Positions 36,514 to 44,993 of a DNA stretch of 64,000 nt are shown here, piece after piece. Numbering within the stretch: position 1 is the first letter of the stretch; every line of letters starts with the position of its first letter. Source of the stretch: Roseiarcus sp. Its GTDB lineage: Bacteria > Pseudomonadota > Alphaproteobacteria > Rhizobiales > Beijerinckiaceae. Location of the stretch: NCBI GenBank assembly GCA_036513315.1, contig DATBZF010000031.1, positions 65,304-129,303 on the forward strand, in the 5' to 3' direction. The notes beneath the pieces are model-generated. The model saw nothing but the letters and a program-made list of their open reading frames with translations, searched no databases and was not told the origin of the DNA. Both the position numbers and the translations under genes were made by a program.

Positions 36514-37716
36514 CTAGAGACTTCCGCAACTCGTAGGCGCCGGCGCTCCGGCAAATCGCTCGGCGATCCAGGCGACGGCGGCGTTTGAAGCCTTGAAGGC
36601 GACAAATCCATGGCCGGTATTGGGAACGGGGTCGAACGCGACTGCGCTGCCATTTCCGCAGAGCTTGGCGACATATTCGCGCGTGACCGGCGGCAAGACG
36701 AGATTGTCAGTGTCGCCTTGCGCGATGAACACCGGCAATTGCGGCGGCAAAGCTCCAGGGGTGTTCTTGCGCATCAGCGAAGACCATGGTTCTTTCGAGG
36801 CGAAGTTCTGGTCACGAACAAAGGCCTGAGCGAGAGGTTTTGACGTCCACCGCCGCTCAAAAATGTCGAAGATCGACTCGATGCATTCCCTCGCCAACCG
36901 ATCGACAGCGGGAATAGCGGAAGGGACAAGCACCTCGTCCGACGGCGCGCCGAACACTCGTTTCCATGACCATAACGTCATCGACGTAAGGTTGCGGCCG
37001 CCGCTGGTGTCGAGGTCGGCCTTCATCAAAGCCGCGAGCTCAGTCGCCGGCGCCGCGGCGGCAACGCCGACGAGCCGCAGCTCCGGCGCATAGCTATATG
37101 CGAGCAGGCCGGTGAAAAGCGCCGCCTGACCGCCCTGAGAATGACCCCAAACCGCGAAAGTCGCGCCTGCCCCGGCGCCGGGCGTCTGGCGCGCGGCCCG
37201 CACCGAGTCGAGCACGGCTCGACCCTCGCTTTCTCCAACGAGATAGGGATGAACCTCGGGGGTGCCGAGGCCCGGATAATCGGTAGCGGCGACAACATAT
37301 CCGCGCGCCAACATGAGCCGGAGGCCGGCTATCATCTGGAAGCGTTTACGCGCCAGCGATGGCGCGCATCGTTCAACGACGCCTGTCGTCGGATGCGCCC
37401 AGGCGACGACAGGACGTCCGCCATCCGGCGCCGGACCCGGCGGCGCGATCACCATGCCCGACACAGTGATGGGCTCGCCACGAAGCCCTGTCGATTGGTA
37501 CAAGATCCGATAGGCGGAGGCGCCATCGGGAGCTCCGGCAAGCGGCTGCGCCTGGATCAGACGCCCAGCGCCGCTATACGAAGCATCCTGAGCCTGCGCC
37601 GTAACCGGCGCGATCGCAAGCAAGGGGACAATAAACGTTGCAGTCTTAAAGGACTCTGGACGGCCGAGAGCGTTCAACAGACTGCGGAGCGCCGCCGAGA
37701 GTCGATGCAAAACCAT
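36514..37716 (-). CDS. Secreted alpha/beta-hydrolase, secretory-lipase (LIP) family
   Basis: The start is taken at ATG 37716 (MVLHRLSAALRSLL...), which has a GGAGGG 7 nt upstream. There is a signal peptide ending AQAQD and a nucleophile elbow VWGHSQGGQAAL. Overall layout is like the LIP family: YRILY.S....G.P..VSG.V..P. Confidence 0.75.
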   Translation of the reverse strand: MVLHRLSAALRSLLNALGRPESFKTATFIVPLLAIAPVTAQAQDASYSGAGRLIQAQPLAGAPDGASAYRILYQSTGLRGEPITVSGMVIAPPGPAPDGGRPVVAWAHPTTGVVERCAPSLARKRFQMIAGLRLMLARGYVVAATDYPGLGTPEVHPYLVGESEGRAVLDSVRAARQTPGAGAGATFAVWGHSQGGQAALFTGLLAYSYAPELRLVGVAAAAPATELAALMKADLDTSGGRNLTSMTLWSWKRVFGAPSDEVLVPSAIPAVDRLARECIESIFDIFERRWTSKPLAQAFVRDQNFASKEPWSSLMRKNTPGALPPQLPVFIAQGDTDNLVLPPVTREYVAKLCGNGSAVAFDPVPNTGHGFVAFKASNAAVAWIAERFAGAPAPTSCGSL

Positions 37717-38057
37717 GTTCGTACCCTCCATTGCATGGAGAACGTCAGACCTCGTCAGGCGACCCGGACTTCTGCGAGTCTGTTCCCAAGAGGCCAACCC
37801 GAGGCGCTGGGCAGATGCACCTTGCCCCTTTCAATAGCGGCGCCTGGAAGTTGCATAAGACGAGCCTTCGCCGCCACGTCCCAATGTCGATGGTCGCATC
37901 AGAGTTCGTTTGACGCAATCATGAGGCAAGCGAGCCGATGTGTCGAGCAATCTAGCCCGGGTGACTGGAAGTCTTCGGATTCGAAACCGTCTCATGGCGC
38001 TTTGGATGAGACGGTTTCGCCGGTGGCTTGGAATCAGAACAATCCCGGCGCTTCCGC

Positions 38058-38846
38058 TCAGAATGCGAGCCTTGTTCCGACCAGCGCGAGCGTGCCGGCC
38101 AGCACCGGGCGCAGAACGCGATCGGGAACGCGGGAAGCGAGCTGACTGCCGATCGCAATTCCCGGCAGCGAGCCTATCAGCAGCGAGACGAGCAGCGACC
38201 AATCAATCGAGCCCAGGAACCAATGGCCAGTCCCGGCGATCAGCGTCAGAGGTACGGCATGGGCGATATCGGAGCCGACGATTCGAACCGTCGGCAATTT
38301 GGGATAGAGCATGAGCAATGCGGTGACGCCGATAGCGCCGGCGCCGACTGAGGAAATCGAAACGAGCACGCCGAGCACGGCGCCCAGCAGATTGGTCAAC
38401 AAGCGGATCTGTCCGTCGTTAAGCGTCTCCAGCCTATGAGCGACCCTGGCCAGCAGCCAGGCGCGGAAGACCAGCGTGATCGCGGTGACGATCAGCGCTA
38501 TGCCGAGCGTGGTGGTGATGACTGTGCTCGCCGTCTTGCTGTCGTGGCCGAAATAGGCGAGCCCGATCAGCGTCAGCGCGGCGGCGGGCGCGCTGCCCGC
38601 CGCGAGCCGGCGGGTGATGCGCCAGTCGACCGCGCCGTTCAGCCCATGCACCGTCGTGCCGCTGATCTTGGTGAGGCCGGCATAGAGCAGATCGGTGCCG
38701 ACGGCGGTCGCCGGATGAATGCCGAACAGCAGCACCAGCAGCGGCGTCATCAGCGAGCCGCCGCCGACGCCGGTGAAGCCGACCAGCGCGCCGATCGCCA
38801 GTCCCGAGAGGGAGTACAAGGGATTGAGCGTGTGCAAAAAATCCAT
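38058..38846 (-). CDS. TauE/SafE-family anion (sulfite/sulfonate) exporter
   Basis: 262 aa. GALVGFTGVGGGSLMTPLLVLLFG near the N-terminus, a repeated 4-TM halves pattern, and a C-terminal GS.LG...G. Confidence 0.85.
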   Translation of the reverse strand: MDFLHTLNPLYSLSGLAIGALVGFTGVGGGSLMTPLLVLLFGIHPATAVGTDLLYAGLTKISGTTVHGLNGAVDWRITRRLAAGSAPAAALTLIGLAYFGHDSKTASTVITTTLGIALIVTAITLVFRAWLLARVAHRLETLNDGQIRLLTNLLGAVLGVLVSISSVGAGAIGVTALLMLYPKLPTVRIVGSDIAHAVPLTLIAGTGHWFLGSIDWSLLVSLLIGSLPGIAIGSQLASRVPDRVLRPVLAGTLALVGTRLAF

Positions 38847-38874
38847 GATGAAATCAATTCCTCAAACGCAATGG

Positions 38875-40191
38875 TTATTCAGCGGCGATCGCAAAAGAGC
38901 CCGCCGCGTTCAGCGCGCGGTCGAGATCGGCGAGAATGTCGTCGATATGCTCGATGCCGATCGAGAGGCGGACATAGCCTTCCGAAACGCCGGTTTTGAT
39001 CTGATCCTCCGCCGAAAGCTGCGAATGTGTGGTCGAGGCGGGATGAATGGCGAGGCTGCGCGCGTCGCCGATATTGGCGACGTGATAGAAGAGCTGCAGG
39101 CTGTCGATGAAACGCCGCCCCGCTTCGCGTCCTTTGGCGAGTTCGAAACCGACAAGGCCGCCGAACTTGCCGTTCAGATATTTGTCGGCGCGCTGGCGCG
39201 CCGCGCCGGTCTGCGTCGAGGGATGGATAACGCGCACGACCTCAGGTCGCCTGGCGAGCCATGCGGCGACCGCGCTGGCGTTGGCGACATGGCGCTCGAT
39301 GCGCAGGGCGAGCGTTTCAATGCCTTGCAAGGTGAGGAAAGCGTTGAACGGCGAAATCGCCGAGCCGAGATCGCGCAGCAGAATCACGCGCGCGCGGATG
39401 ATATAGGCGACCGGGCCAAGCGGCTTGACCGCCTCGACCCAGACTGCGCCGTGATAGCTCGCATCCGGCGTGTTGAGGGCGGGCTGGCGCTCGGGGAATT
39501 TCTCCCAGTCGAAATTGCCGCCGTCGACGATCAAACCGCCGATCGAAGTGCCATGGCCGCCAAGATATTTGGTCGAGGAATAAACGACGATCGCCGCGCC
39601 GTGATCGAGCGGACGCGCGATCAGCGGCGTCGCCGTATTGTCGACGATCAAAGGTATGCCAAGGCCGCGCCCGATCGCGGCGACCTCGGCGATCGGGAAC
39701 ACCACCAATTTCGGATTGGGCAGCGTTTCGGCGTAATAGGCGCGGGTGCGGGCGTCGGTGGCGCGGCGGAAATTCTCGGGGTCGCTCGGGTCGACGAAAC
39801 GCACTTCAATGCCCTGGTCCTTCAGCGTATTGGCGAACAGGTTCCAGGTGCCGCCGTAAAGATCGGTCGAGGAGACGATATTGTCGCCGGCGCGCGCCAG
39901 ATTCTGGATCGCAAAAGCGGAAGCCGCCTGCCCCGATGAGACGGCGAGCGCGGCGACGCCGCCTTCGAGCGCGGCCACGCGCTTTTCGAGTATGTCATTG
40001 GTCGGGTTGCCGATGCGCGTATAGATGTTGCCGAGCTCTTTCAGCGCGAAGAGATTGGCGGCGTGTTCGGTGTTATTGAATTGATAGGATGTCGTTTGAT
40101 AGATCGGCACCGCGACCGCGCCGGTGGCGGGATCGGCGCGCCAGCCGGCATGTACGGCAAGGGTTTCGGGCTTCTGCGCTTGGTCGGACAT
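38875..40191 (-). CDS. metY: O-acetylhomoserine sulfhydrylase / aminocarboxypropyltransferase (PLP-dependent, MetY)
   Basis: Start at ATG 40191 (MSDQAQKPETLAVHAGWRADPATGAVAVPIYQTTSYQF). The PLP lysine context is VYSSTKYLGGHGTSIGG, and the C-terminus reads VRLSIGIEHIDDILADLDRAL. Confidence 0.92.
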   Translation of the reverse strand: MSDQAQKPETLAVHAGWRADPATGAVAVPIYQTTSYQFNNTEHAANLFALKELGNIYTRIGNPTNDILEKRVAALEGGVAALAVSSGQAASAFAIQNLARAGDNIVSSTDLYGGTWNLFANTLKDQGIEVRFVDPSDPENFRRATDARTRAYYAETLPNPKLVVFPIAEVAAIGRGLGIPLIVDNTATPLIARPLDHGAAIVVYSSTKYLGGHGTSIGGLIVDGGNFDWEKFPERQPALNTPDASYHGAVWVEAVKPLGPVAYIIRARVILLRDLGSAISPFNAFLTLQGIETLALRIERHVANASAVAAWLARRPEVVRVIHPSTQTGAARQRADKYLNGKFGGLVGFELAKGREAGRRFIDSLQLFYHVANIGDARSLAIHPASTTHSQLSAEDQIKTGVSEGYVRLSIGIEHIDDILADLDRALNAAGSFAIAAE

Positions 40192-40256
40192 AGCTGACGC
40201 TCCAAATTTCGGTGTGGTGGGGAGGGAGAGGGGAAGGGAGATGCGCGATCTATAAG

Positions 40257-40285
40257 TTGACAAATACTATAGACTGAGTTGATAT
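40257..40285 (+). promoter_or_regulatory. Sigma70-like promoter candidate for the flavin reductase gene
   Basis: TTGACA (40257-40262), a 17-nt spacer, then TGATAT (40280-40285). It sits in the AT-rich divergent intergenic region, about 50-60 nt upstream of the start codon. Confidence 0.4.
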
Positions 40286-40331
40286 GCAAGTGCGACTGGG
40301 TTGACGGCCCAAGGCAAACGGGAGCGCCCGC

Positions 40332-40919
40332 ATGGGAGCGACGGTGATGAACATTTTCGCGAAGGAAGCGGCGGCGGCGCCGGTGGCGCCGGTTCGCGAC
40401 GAATTCCGCATCGCGATGCGCGAACTGGCCGGCGCCGTCAGCGTCGTCTCATGCGGTCAGGGCGAGCGCCGCACCGGCTTCACCGCGACGTCGGTTTCGT
40501 CATTTTCGATGGATCCGCCGACGCTCTTCGTCTGCGTCAATCGCGCCTCATCGAGCTGGCCGGTGCTGCGCGACGCCGATAGCTTCGGCGTCAATATTCT
40601 CTCGGCTTCGCATCGCGAAATCGCCCATCGCTTTGCCGGCGGCGGCGGCGCTGAGGGGGCGCAGCGCTACGAGGGTGGTCACTGGATCACCGCCGCCACC
40701 GGCGCGCCGTTGCTCAGCGACGCGCTCGCCGCATTCGATTGTTCGGTCGACGAAATCATCGAGCGGCACAGCCACGCCATCATCATCGGCCGCATCGAAG
40801 CCGTGCGCCGGCGCGGCGGCGGCGGCGCCCTTGTCTATTGGCGCGGCGATTACGATCAACTCGGGTGGTCGCAGGATGAAATAGCCAACGCTATCGGCTT
40901 CGCGGGCCGAGGCGCTTAG
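40332..40919 (+). CDS. Flavin reductase domain protein (NAD(P)H:FMN oxidoreductase component)
   Basis: 195 aa. FRIAMRELAGAVSVVSCG.GERRTGFTATSVSSFSMDPPTLFVCVNR.SS...L.....FGVNIL...H.EIA..FA is the flavin_reduct-family pattern. Confidence 0.85.
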   Translation: MGATVMNIFAKEAAAAPVAPVRDEFRIAMRELAGAVSVVSCGQGERRTGFTATSVSSFSMDPPTLFVCVNRASSSWPVLRDADSFGVNILSASHREIAHRFAGGGGAEGAQRYEGGHWITAATGAPLLSDALAAFDCSVDEIIERHSHAIIIGRIEAVRRRGGGGALVYWRGDYDQLGWSQDEIANAIGFAGRGA

Positions 40920-40928
40920 GAGTCCTCT

Positions 40929-41107
40929 GTCATCGCGAGGGAGCGAAGCGACGAAGCGATCCAGACTGAGCCCTGTCAAACCCCCTAGCGATTGCGGTGG
41001 CGTCTCAGCGGCCCAGATTGCTACTAGCGCCACCAGAATCGAATATCGATTGATGGCTGTCAAAGCTCAGTCTGGGTCCCTTCGTCGCTGCGCTCCCTCG
41101 CGATGAC
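40929..41107. repeat. MITE-like element / long nested hairpin with 43-bp terminal inverted repeats
   Basis: The left arm 40929-40971 (GTCATCGCGAGGGAGCGAAGCGACGAAGCGATCCAGACTGAGC) matches the reverse complement of the right arm 41065-41107 at 40/43 positions. An inner inverted repeat CGATTGCGGTGGCG / CGCCACCAGAATCG matches 12/14. The element exactly fills the gap between two convergent stop codons. Confidence 0.6.
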
Positions 41108-41110
41108 GAC

Positions 41111-41338
41111 TCAGCGCCGCGCTTCCGCCTTCTCCATCGCGCGGCCGTCGAACGCCGTGAAATCGGCGCAGGAGGCGCGCGCGCTGAGATAGCGGTCATG
41201 GCGCAGGCACAGGCCGTCGTCGGCGCGCACCGAGGCGTCGCCGGAACTCATGCTCGTCAATCCCGGCATCGCCGCTTCGAGATAGGCGCGATCGTTGCGG
41301 AAATAGCCGCAATTGCCGCATCGCCTGTCGCCGTTCAT
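41111..41338 (-). CDS. Small 4-Cys protein co-transcribed with the YeiH-family transporter
   Basis: 75 aa (MNGDRRCGNCGYFRND...GLCLRHDRYLSARASCADF). Cys occur as CxxC plus two distal Cys. It starts 12 nt after the upstream transporter stop on the same strand. Confidence 0.55.
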   Translation of the reverse strand: MNGDRRCGNCGYFRNDRAYLEAAMPGLTSMSSGDASVRADDGLCLRHDRYLSARASCADFTAFDGRAMEKAEARR

Positions 41339-41349
41339 GCGCCGAGCTC

Positions 41350-42759
41350 CTAGCGGGCGAGATTGGCCCAGTGCGAGGCGAACACCAGCGCCGACAGGAT
41401 GAAGCCGAGCGCCACATTGACGGCGACGCCGAGTGTAAATGCGGCGAAAGGTTTTCGGCCGGCGCCCGCCAGTTCGCTGAATCTGGTGGTGAGGCCGATG
41501 CTGAAGAAGCAGAAGATGAACGCCCAGGTCCGCAGATCCTTGATGGGCGCGACAAAGGTCGGATTCACCAGCTTGTTGTAGTCAGCCAGGCTGTATCCCT
41601 GCGCCGCGAAAGTGACAATCAGCGAGGCGATCAGGAAGCCGATGACAAATTTGGGAAAGCGCCACCAGATTTCGGCCGCTTCCGGTTTGCGGCCGGTTTC
41701 GCTCGGCTCCCAGCGCGTCGTCGCGATGATCGCCAGCACCAGGGCCCAGACGCCGATCCACACGTCGCGGCCAACCACTTTCATCAGCGTGAACGACCAG
41801 ATCGCCTGGTCCTGCGTGCCGTCGATGCCGGGAACCTGGCCCGCAAATCCGCCATAGGTCTGCGCGGCGGCAAAGCCGGCGGCGTCGGCAAATTCTGACG
41901 TGCCGATCCATGCGCCGGCGACGCCCGTCGGCAGGTGCAGCATGCGCGCCGCGAAAGGCAGCAGGAAGATCATCACGATCGCCCATAGGACGACGAGGGT
42001 GATGGCGATCGGCGCATGTTCCTTCCTGGCGCCGACCGCGCCGGCGATTGCGATCGAAGCCGAGACGCCGCAGACCGCGCCGCCGGCGCCGAGCGTGGCG
42101 GCGAGGCGCCGATCGAGCCCGAGCCAGCGCGCGGTGGTGAAGATGACCAGGAAAGTCACGATCGAGACTATCGAGGCCTGCAGGATCGCCACCGGCCCGG
42201 CCCAGACGATCAGCGAGAAGGGCAGCGTCGCGCCGAGCAGGACGATGCCGGTTTTGACATAGAACTCGACACGAAAACTCGCATCCATCCATTTGGGCAG
42301 GCCGATCACATTGGAAATCAGCAGGCCGAGCACGAGCGCGACGAGCGGCGGCTCGAGATTGTAATAATTGGCCTGAGTCCACTGGCCGAGCGCGAAAATG
42401 ACGACCGAGCACAGATAGAGGAAGACGAACGAAGGGATGAAGTCCTGGGCTCTATGGCCGAGCGCCGTCAAGGCGATGGCGAACAAAGCCAGCCAGGCGA
42501 CAAATTGCGCGAGATAGCGCAAGCCATTGGCGGCAAAATGCGCGCCGAGCTGGTCGAGGCTCGACCATTTCTCTGGCGTCACCGCGATCCATTTGAGGCT
42601 GGCGCCATTGGCGAACAGGATATAGCCGACGAGGACGATGCCGAGGCCCAGCCAGATCGCCCACCAGTCTTCCTTCAGCCAAAGCTCACGCCAGCCCAAG
42701 GTCGACGAGGGGGCGCGCGCGGCGCCCAATTCCAATTGATTTGCGCTCATGCGAACCAC
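41350..42759 (-). CDS. YeiH/UPF0324-family putative sulfate-exporter-type membrane transporter
   Basis: 469 aa and polytopic. The characteristic segment is LGAGGAVCGVSASIAIAGAVGARKEHAPIAITLVVLWAIVMIFLLP. Confidence 0.8.
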   Translation of the reverse strand: MVRMSANQLELGAARAPSSTLGWRELWLKEDWWAIWLGLGIVLVGYILFANGASLKWIAVTPEKWSSLDQLGAHFAANGLRYLAQFVAWLALFAIALTALGHRAQDFIPSFVFLYLCSVVIFALGQWTQANYYNLEPPLVALVLGLLISNVIGLPKWMDASFRVEFYVKTGIVLLGATLPFSLIVWAGPVAILQASIVSIVTFLVIFTTARWLGLDRRLAATLGAGGAVCGVSASIAIAGAVGARKEHAPIAITLVVLWAIVMIFLLPFAARMLHLPTGVAGAWIGTSEFADAAGFAAAQTYGGFAGQVPGIDGTQDQAIWSFTLMKVVGRDVWIGVWALVLAIIATTRWEPSETGRKPEAAEIWWRFPKFVIGFLIASLIVTFAAQGYSLADYNKLVNPTFVAPIKDLRTWAFIFCFFSIGLTTRFSELAGAGRKPFAAFTLGVAVNVALGFILSALVFASHWANLAR

Positions 42760-42957
42760 CTGTGTCCCGACGAACTCGCAGATCTGGCGCGTCGGCGATC
42801 ATCCTCAGCCGGTTCAAATAATATAGTTCATTGGTTTTATCAACTTATCACTCGAGGCATCGGCTTTGCCGCGTCGAATCCGCCAGATGCCTGTCGAGCG
42901 ACCAGGAAAGGGTTCCGCAAAAGGCGGGAGCGCGGCGGCGTCAGGCCGCCCGCATAA

Positions 42958-43551
42958 TCACGGCTCCAACTCGCTGTCCCAATAGAGATAATCCATCCAG
43001 CTCTCGTGCAGATAATTGGGCGGGAACAGGCGCCCGTTTTGGTGGAGGTCGTGGACGGTGGGCTGAAACGGCATGGTCGCCGGCCACATCCGGGCGGCGG
43101 CGGGCAGCAGGTCGCCCTTGCGCAAATTGCAGCTTGAACAGGCGGCGACGACATTTTCCCAGCTCGTCAAGCCGCCCTTGGAGCGCGGCACGACGTGGTC
43201 GAAGGTCAGTTCCTCTCGTTCGCCGCAATATTGGCAGGTGAAACGGTCGCGCAGGAACACGTTGAACCTTGTGAAGGCTGGAAATCGCGACGGCTTCACA
43301 TAGTTTTTCAGCGAAACGACCGAGGGCAGCCGCATCTCGAAAGAGGGGCTGCGCACCGTCATGTCATAGAGCGAAACAATATTCACCCGATCGAGGAACA
43401 CCGCCTTGATCGCATCCTGCCAGCACCAGATCGAGAGGGGGTAATAGCTCAGCGGACGGAAATCCGCATTGAGCACCAAGGCCGGACAGGCTTCCGGCGA
43501 CACCGCTCGGACATGAACCGTCAACCGGACGCTCCGTTCCACCGCGAACAT
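42958..43551 (-). CDS. HNH endonuclease family protein
   Basis: 197 aa. CQYCG...LTFDHVVPRSKGG..SWENVVAACSSCNLRKG is an HNH motif with a CxxC...CxxC zinc finger. Confidence 0.85.
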   Translation of the reverse strand: MFAVERSVRLTVHVRAVSPEACPALVLNADFRPLSYYPLSIWCWQDAIKAVFLDRVNIVSLYDMTVRSPSFEMRLPSVVSLKNYVKPSRFPAFTRFNVFLRDRFTCQYCGEREELTFDHVVPRSKGGLTSWENVVAACSSCNLRKGDLLPAAARMWPATMPFQPTVHDLHQNGRLFPPNYLHESWMDYLYWDSELEP

Positions 43552-43634
43552 GCGACCGGACCGAATCCGATCGTCATAATAGTCTACAACTGGCGTGACG
43601 GACTTGTGAAGGCGCCGTGGATAGCGCCGCCAAA

Positions 43635-44126
43635 TCAGGCCGTAGCCGCCTCGATCGCCTCAATATCATCGTCCGAAAGGCCGAAATGATGGCCGATCTC
43701 GTGAACCAGGACATGGGTCACGACAATTCCCAGAGCATCTTCCCCTTCGCACCAGAAGTCGAGCAGCGGGCGACGATAGAGCCAGATCATGTTCGGCAGC
43801 GCGCCGGTCTCCGCCATTGCCGGGCTATGGGCAATGCCGCGCCCGCGAAACAGGCCGAGCAGCTCGAATTCGCCCTGCGCCCCCATTTCCTCAAGCGTTT
43901 CGTCGTCGGGGAAATCGACGATCTGGATGACCAACCCCTCGCAAAGCCTGCGGAACCCTTCCGGCAATCGCGCGAAGGCGGCTTCAGCGAGGCGCTCGAT
44001 GTCGGCGGCCGTCGGCGCGACGACCTGGGTCCAATCTTCCATCGGCGACGTTTGTGTCAAATCCGGAACCTTTGGAGGGGGGCGGCGTTCGGCGTCGAGC
44101 ATCTCGCGGCGCGACCGGGCGGTCAA
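43635..44126 (-). CDS. Minimal zincin metallopeptidase family protein (DUF1025-like)
   Basis: 163 aa with a C-terminal THVLVHEIGHHFGLSDDDIE (HExxH zinc motif). Confidence 0.8.
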   Translation of the reverse strand: MTARSRREMLDAERRPPPKVPDLTQTSPMEDWTQVVAPTAADIERLAEAAFARLPEGFRRLCEGLVIQIVDFPDDETLEEMGAQGEFELLGLFRGRGIAHSPAMAETGALPNMIWLYRRPLLDFWCEGEDALGIVVTHVLVHEIGHHFGLSDDDIEAIEAATA

Positions 44127-44210
44127 TGTTTTGTGAAAAGCGCGCCAGCGAAGTTAGGGCGCCTTTTCAGACCGTAAGAGGCGCACGATATGAGGACCAA
44201 GGAGGCGACA

Positions 44211-44474
44211 ATGATTGACGCCGAATATTTCGATGAAGAACCCGGCGACGCCGCTGTCGTCGATGACGCCCTCCAGGAAATGGCCCGCCGACAGTTCGGC
44301 GTGTCGCTGGTTGTCGGCTTGGTGTTCCTGGCCGTGGCCGGGCTGGTTGCGGTGCGCGCGCCGCATGACGAAACAATCGCCGTGCAGACTGCGCCGCACA
44401 GGGTTGCGGGCGTCCAGGCGCCCCAGTTCGTCAAACAGCCGATTCTGGCTACGGAACAGGGCATCGTGAAATAA
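44211..44474 (+). CDS. Hypothetical small membrane protein
   Basis: The ATG at 44211 is preceded by AAGGAGG. It has an acidic N-terminus and one TM (VSLVVGLVFLAVAGLVAV). Codon usage is GC3-rich. Confidence 0.45.
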   Translation: MIDAEYFDEEPGDAAVVDDALQEMARRQFGVSLVVGLVFLAVAGLVAVRAPHDETIAVQTAPHRVAGVQAPQFVKQPILATEQGIVK

Positions 44475-44495
44475 AGCTTCCGCGGCGCCCACCGC

Positions 44496-44957
44496 TCAAC
44501 GCGGCCCGTCGATCGCTCGCACGCGCAACTCTTCCAGCTCCCCCGAGATTTTGCGCATTCGCGCCGCCAGATTTGCCCTGATGCGCGCGGTCTCTTTGGG
44601 GAACTCTCCCAAAACGCGATGGAACACCTGGCGCGAGATGCGCAGGACGATGGTGTTTTCCCGCGCCCGCGCACCGGATGGCCGGTGAACCTCGGCGATC
44701 ATCGCATTCTCGCCGATCAGCGTCCCCTCATTGGCGACGCGCGCGCGCTCCCCGGCATGGCCCTGGGTCGTGAGGAGAATCGAGCCTGACAGAACGAAAT
44801 AGCCGCAATCGCCCGCCTCGCCTTCGCCGAACAGGATTTCATTGGCGGCCAGCACGCGCTTTTCGGCTGAGAAGGCGATGAGCTGGATCGCTTCGCGCGG
44901 CAGCAGGTTGAACGGCCGGGTGCGCGACAATCGCTCGATGTCGTCGGCGAGCGCCAT
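44496..44957 (-). CDS. Stand-alone cyclic-nucleotide-binding (CAP effector) domain protein
   Basis: 153 aa. ...LF.EGE.GDCGYFVLSGSI.L.........R......GTLIGE.AM......P..ARA.......LRISR..F is the cNMP-binding beta-roll pattern. No HTH follows. Confidence 0.8.
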   Translation of the reverse strand: MALADDIERLSRTRPFNLLPREAIQLIAFSAEKRVLAANEILFGEGEAGDCGYFVLSGSILLTTQGHAGERARVANEGTLIGENAMIAEVHRPSGARARENTIVLRISRQVFHRVLGEFPKETARIRANLAARMRKISGELEELRVRAIDGPR

Positions 44958-44993
44958 CTGCTTATCCCTCGCCGCACTGATATTCGGAAGAGA

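Noticed and set aside
40192-40330. SAM-II/SAM-V riboswitch upstream of metY.
   Set aside because: One would be expected from the biology, but I could not find the conserved U-rich loop and AAAGCU pseudoknot signature in the minus-strand leader. I report only the CU-rich tract as an observation. An Infernal scan is needed.
40548-41063. 171-aa minus-strand ORF crossing the flavin reductase 3' end and the MITE-like element.
   Set aside because: It is antisense to a well-supported gene and runs through the inverted-repeat element. This is the typical spurious ORF that such repeats generate.
42915-42955. GC-rich hairpin (GCGGGCGGC-CTGAC-GCCGCCGC) followed by CTTTTG downstream of the HNH gene, considered as a terminator.
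   Set aside because: The stem has a bulge, and the T-run is short and is separated from the stem by 8 nt. It is plausible but not strong enough to list as a feature.
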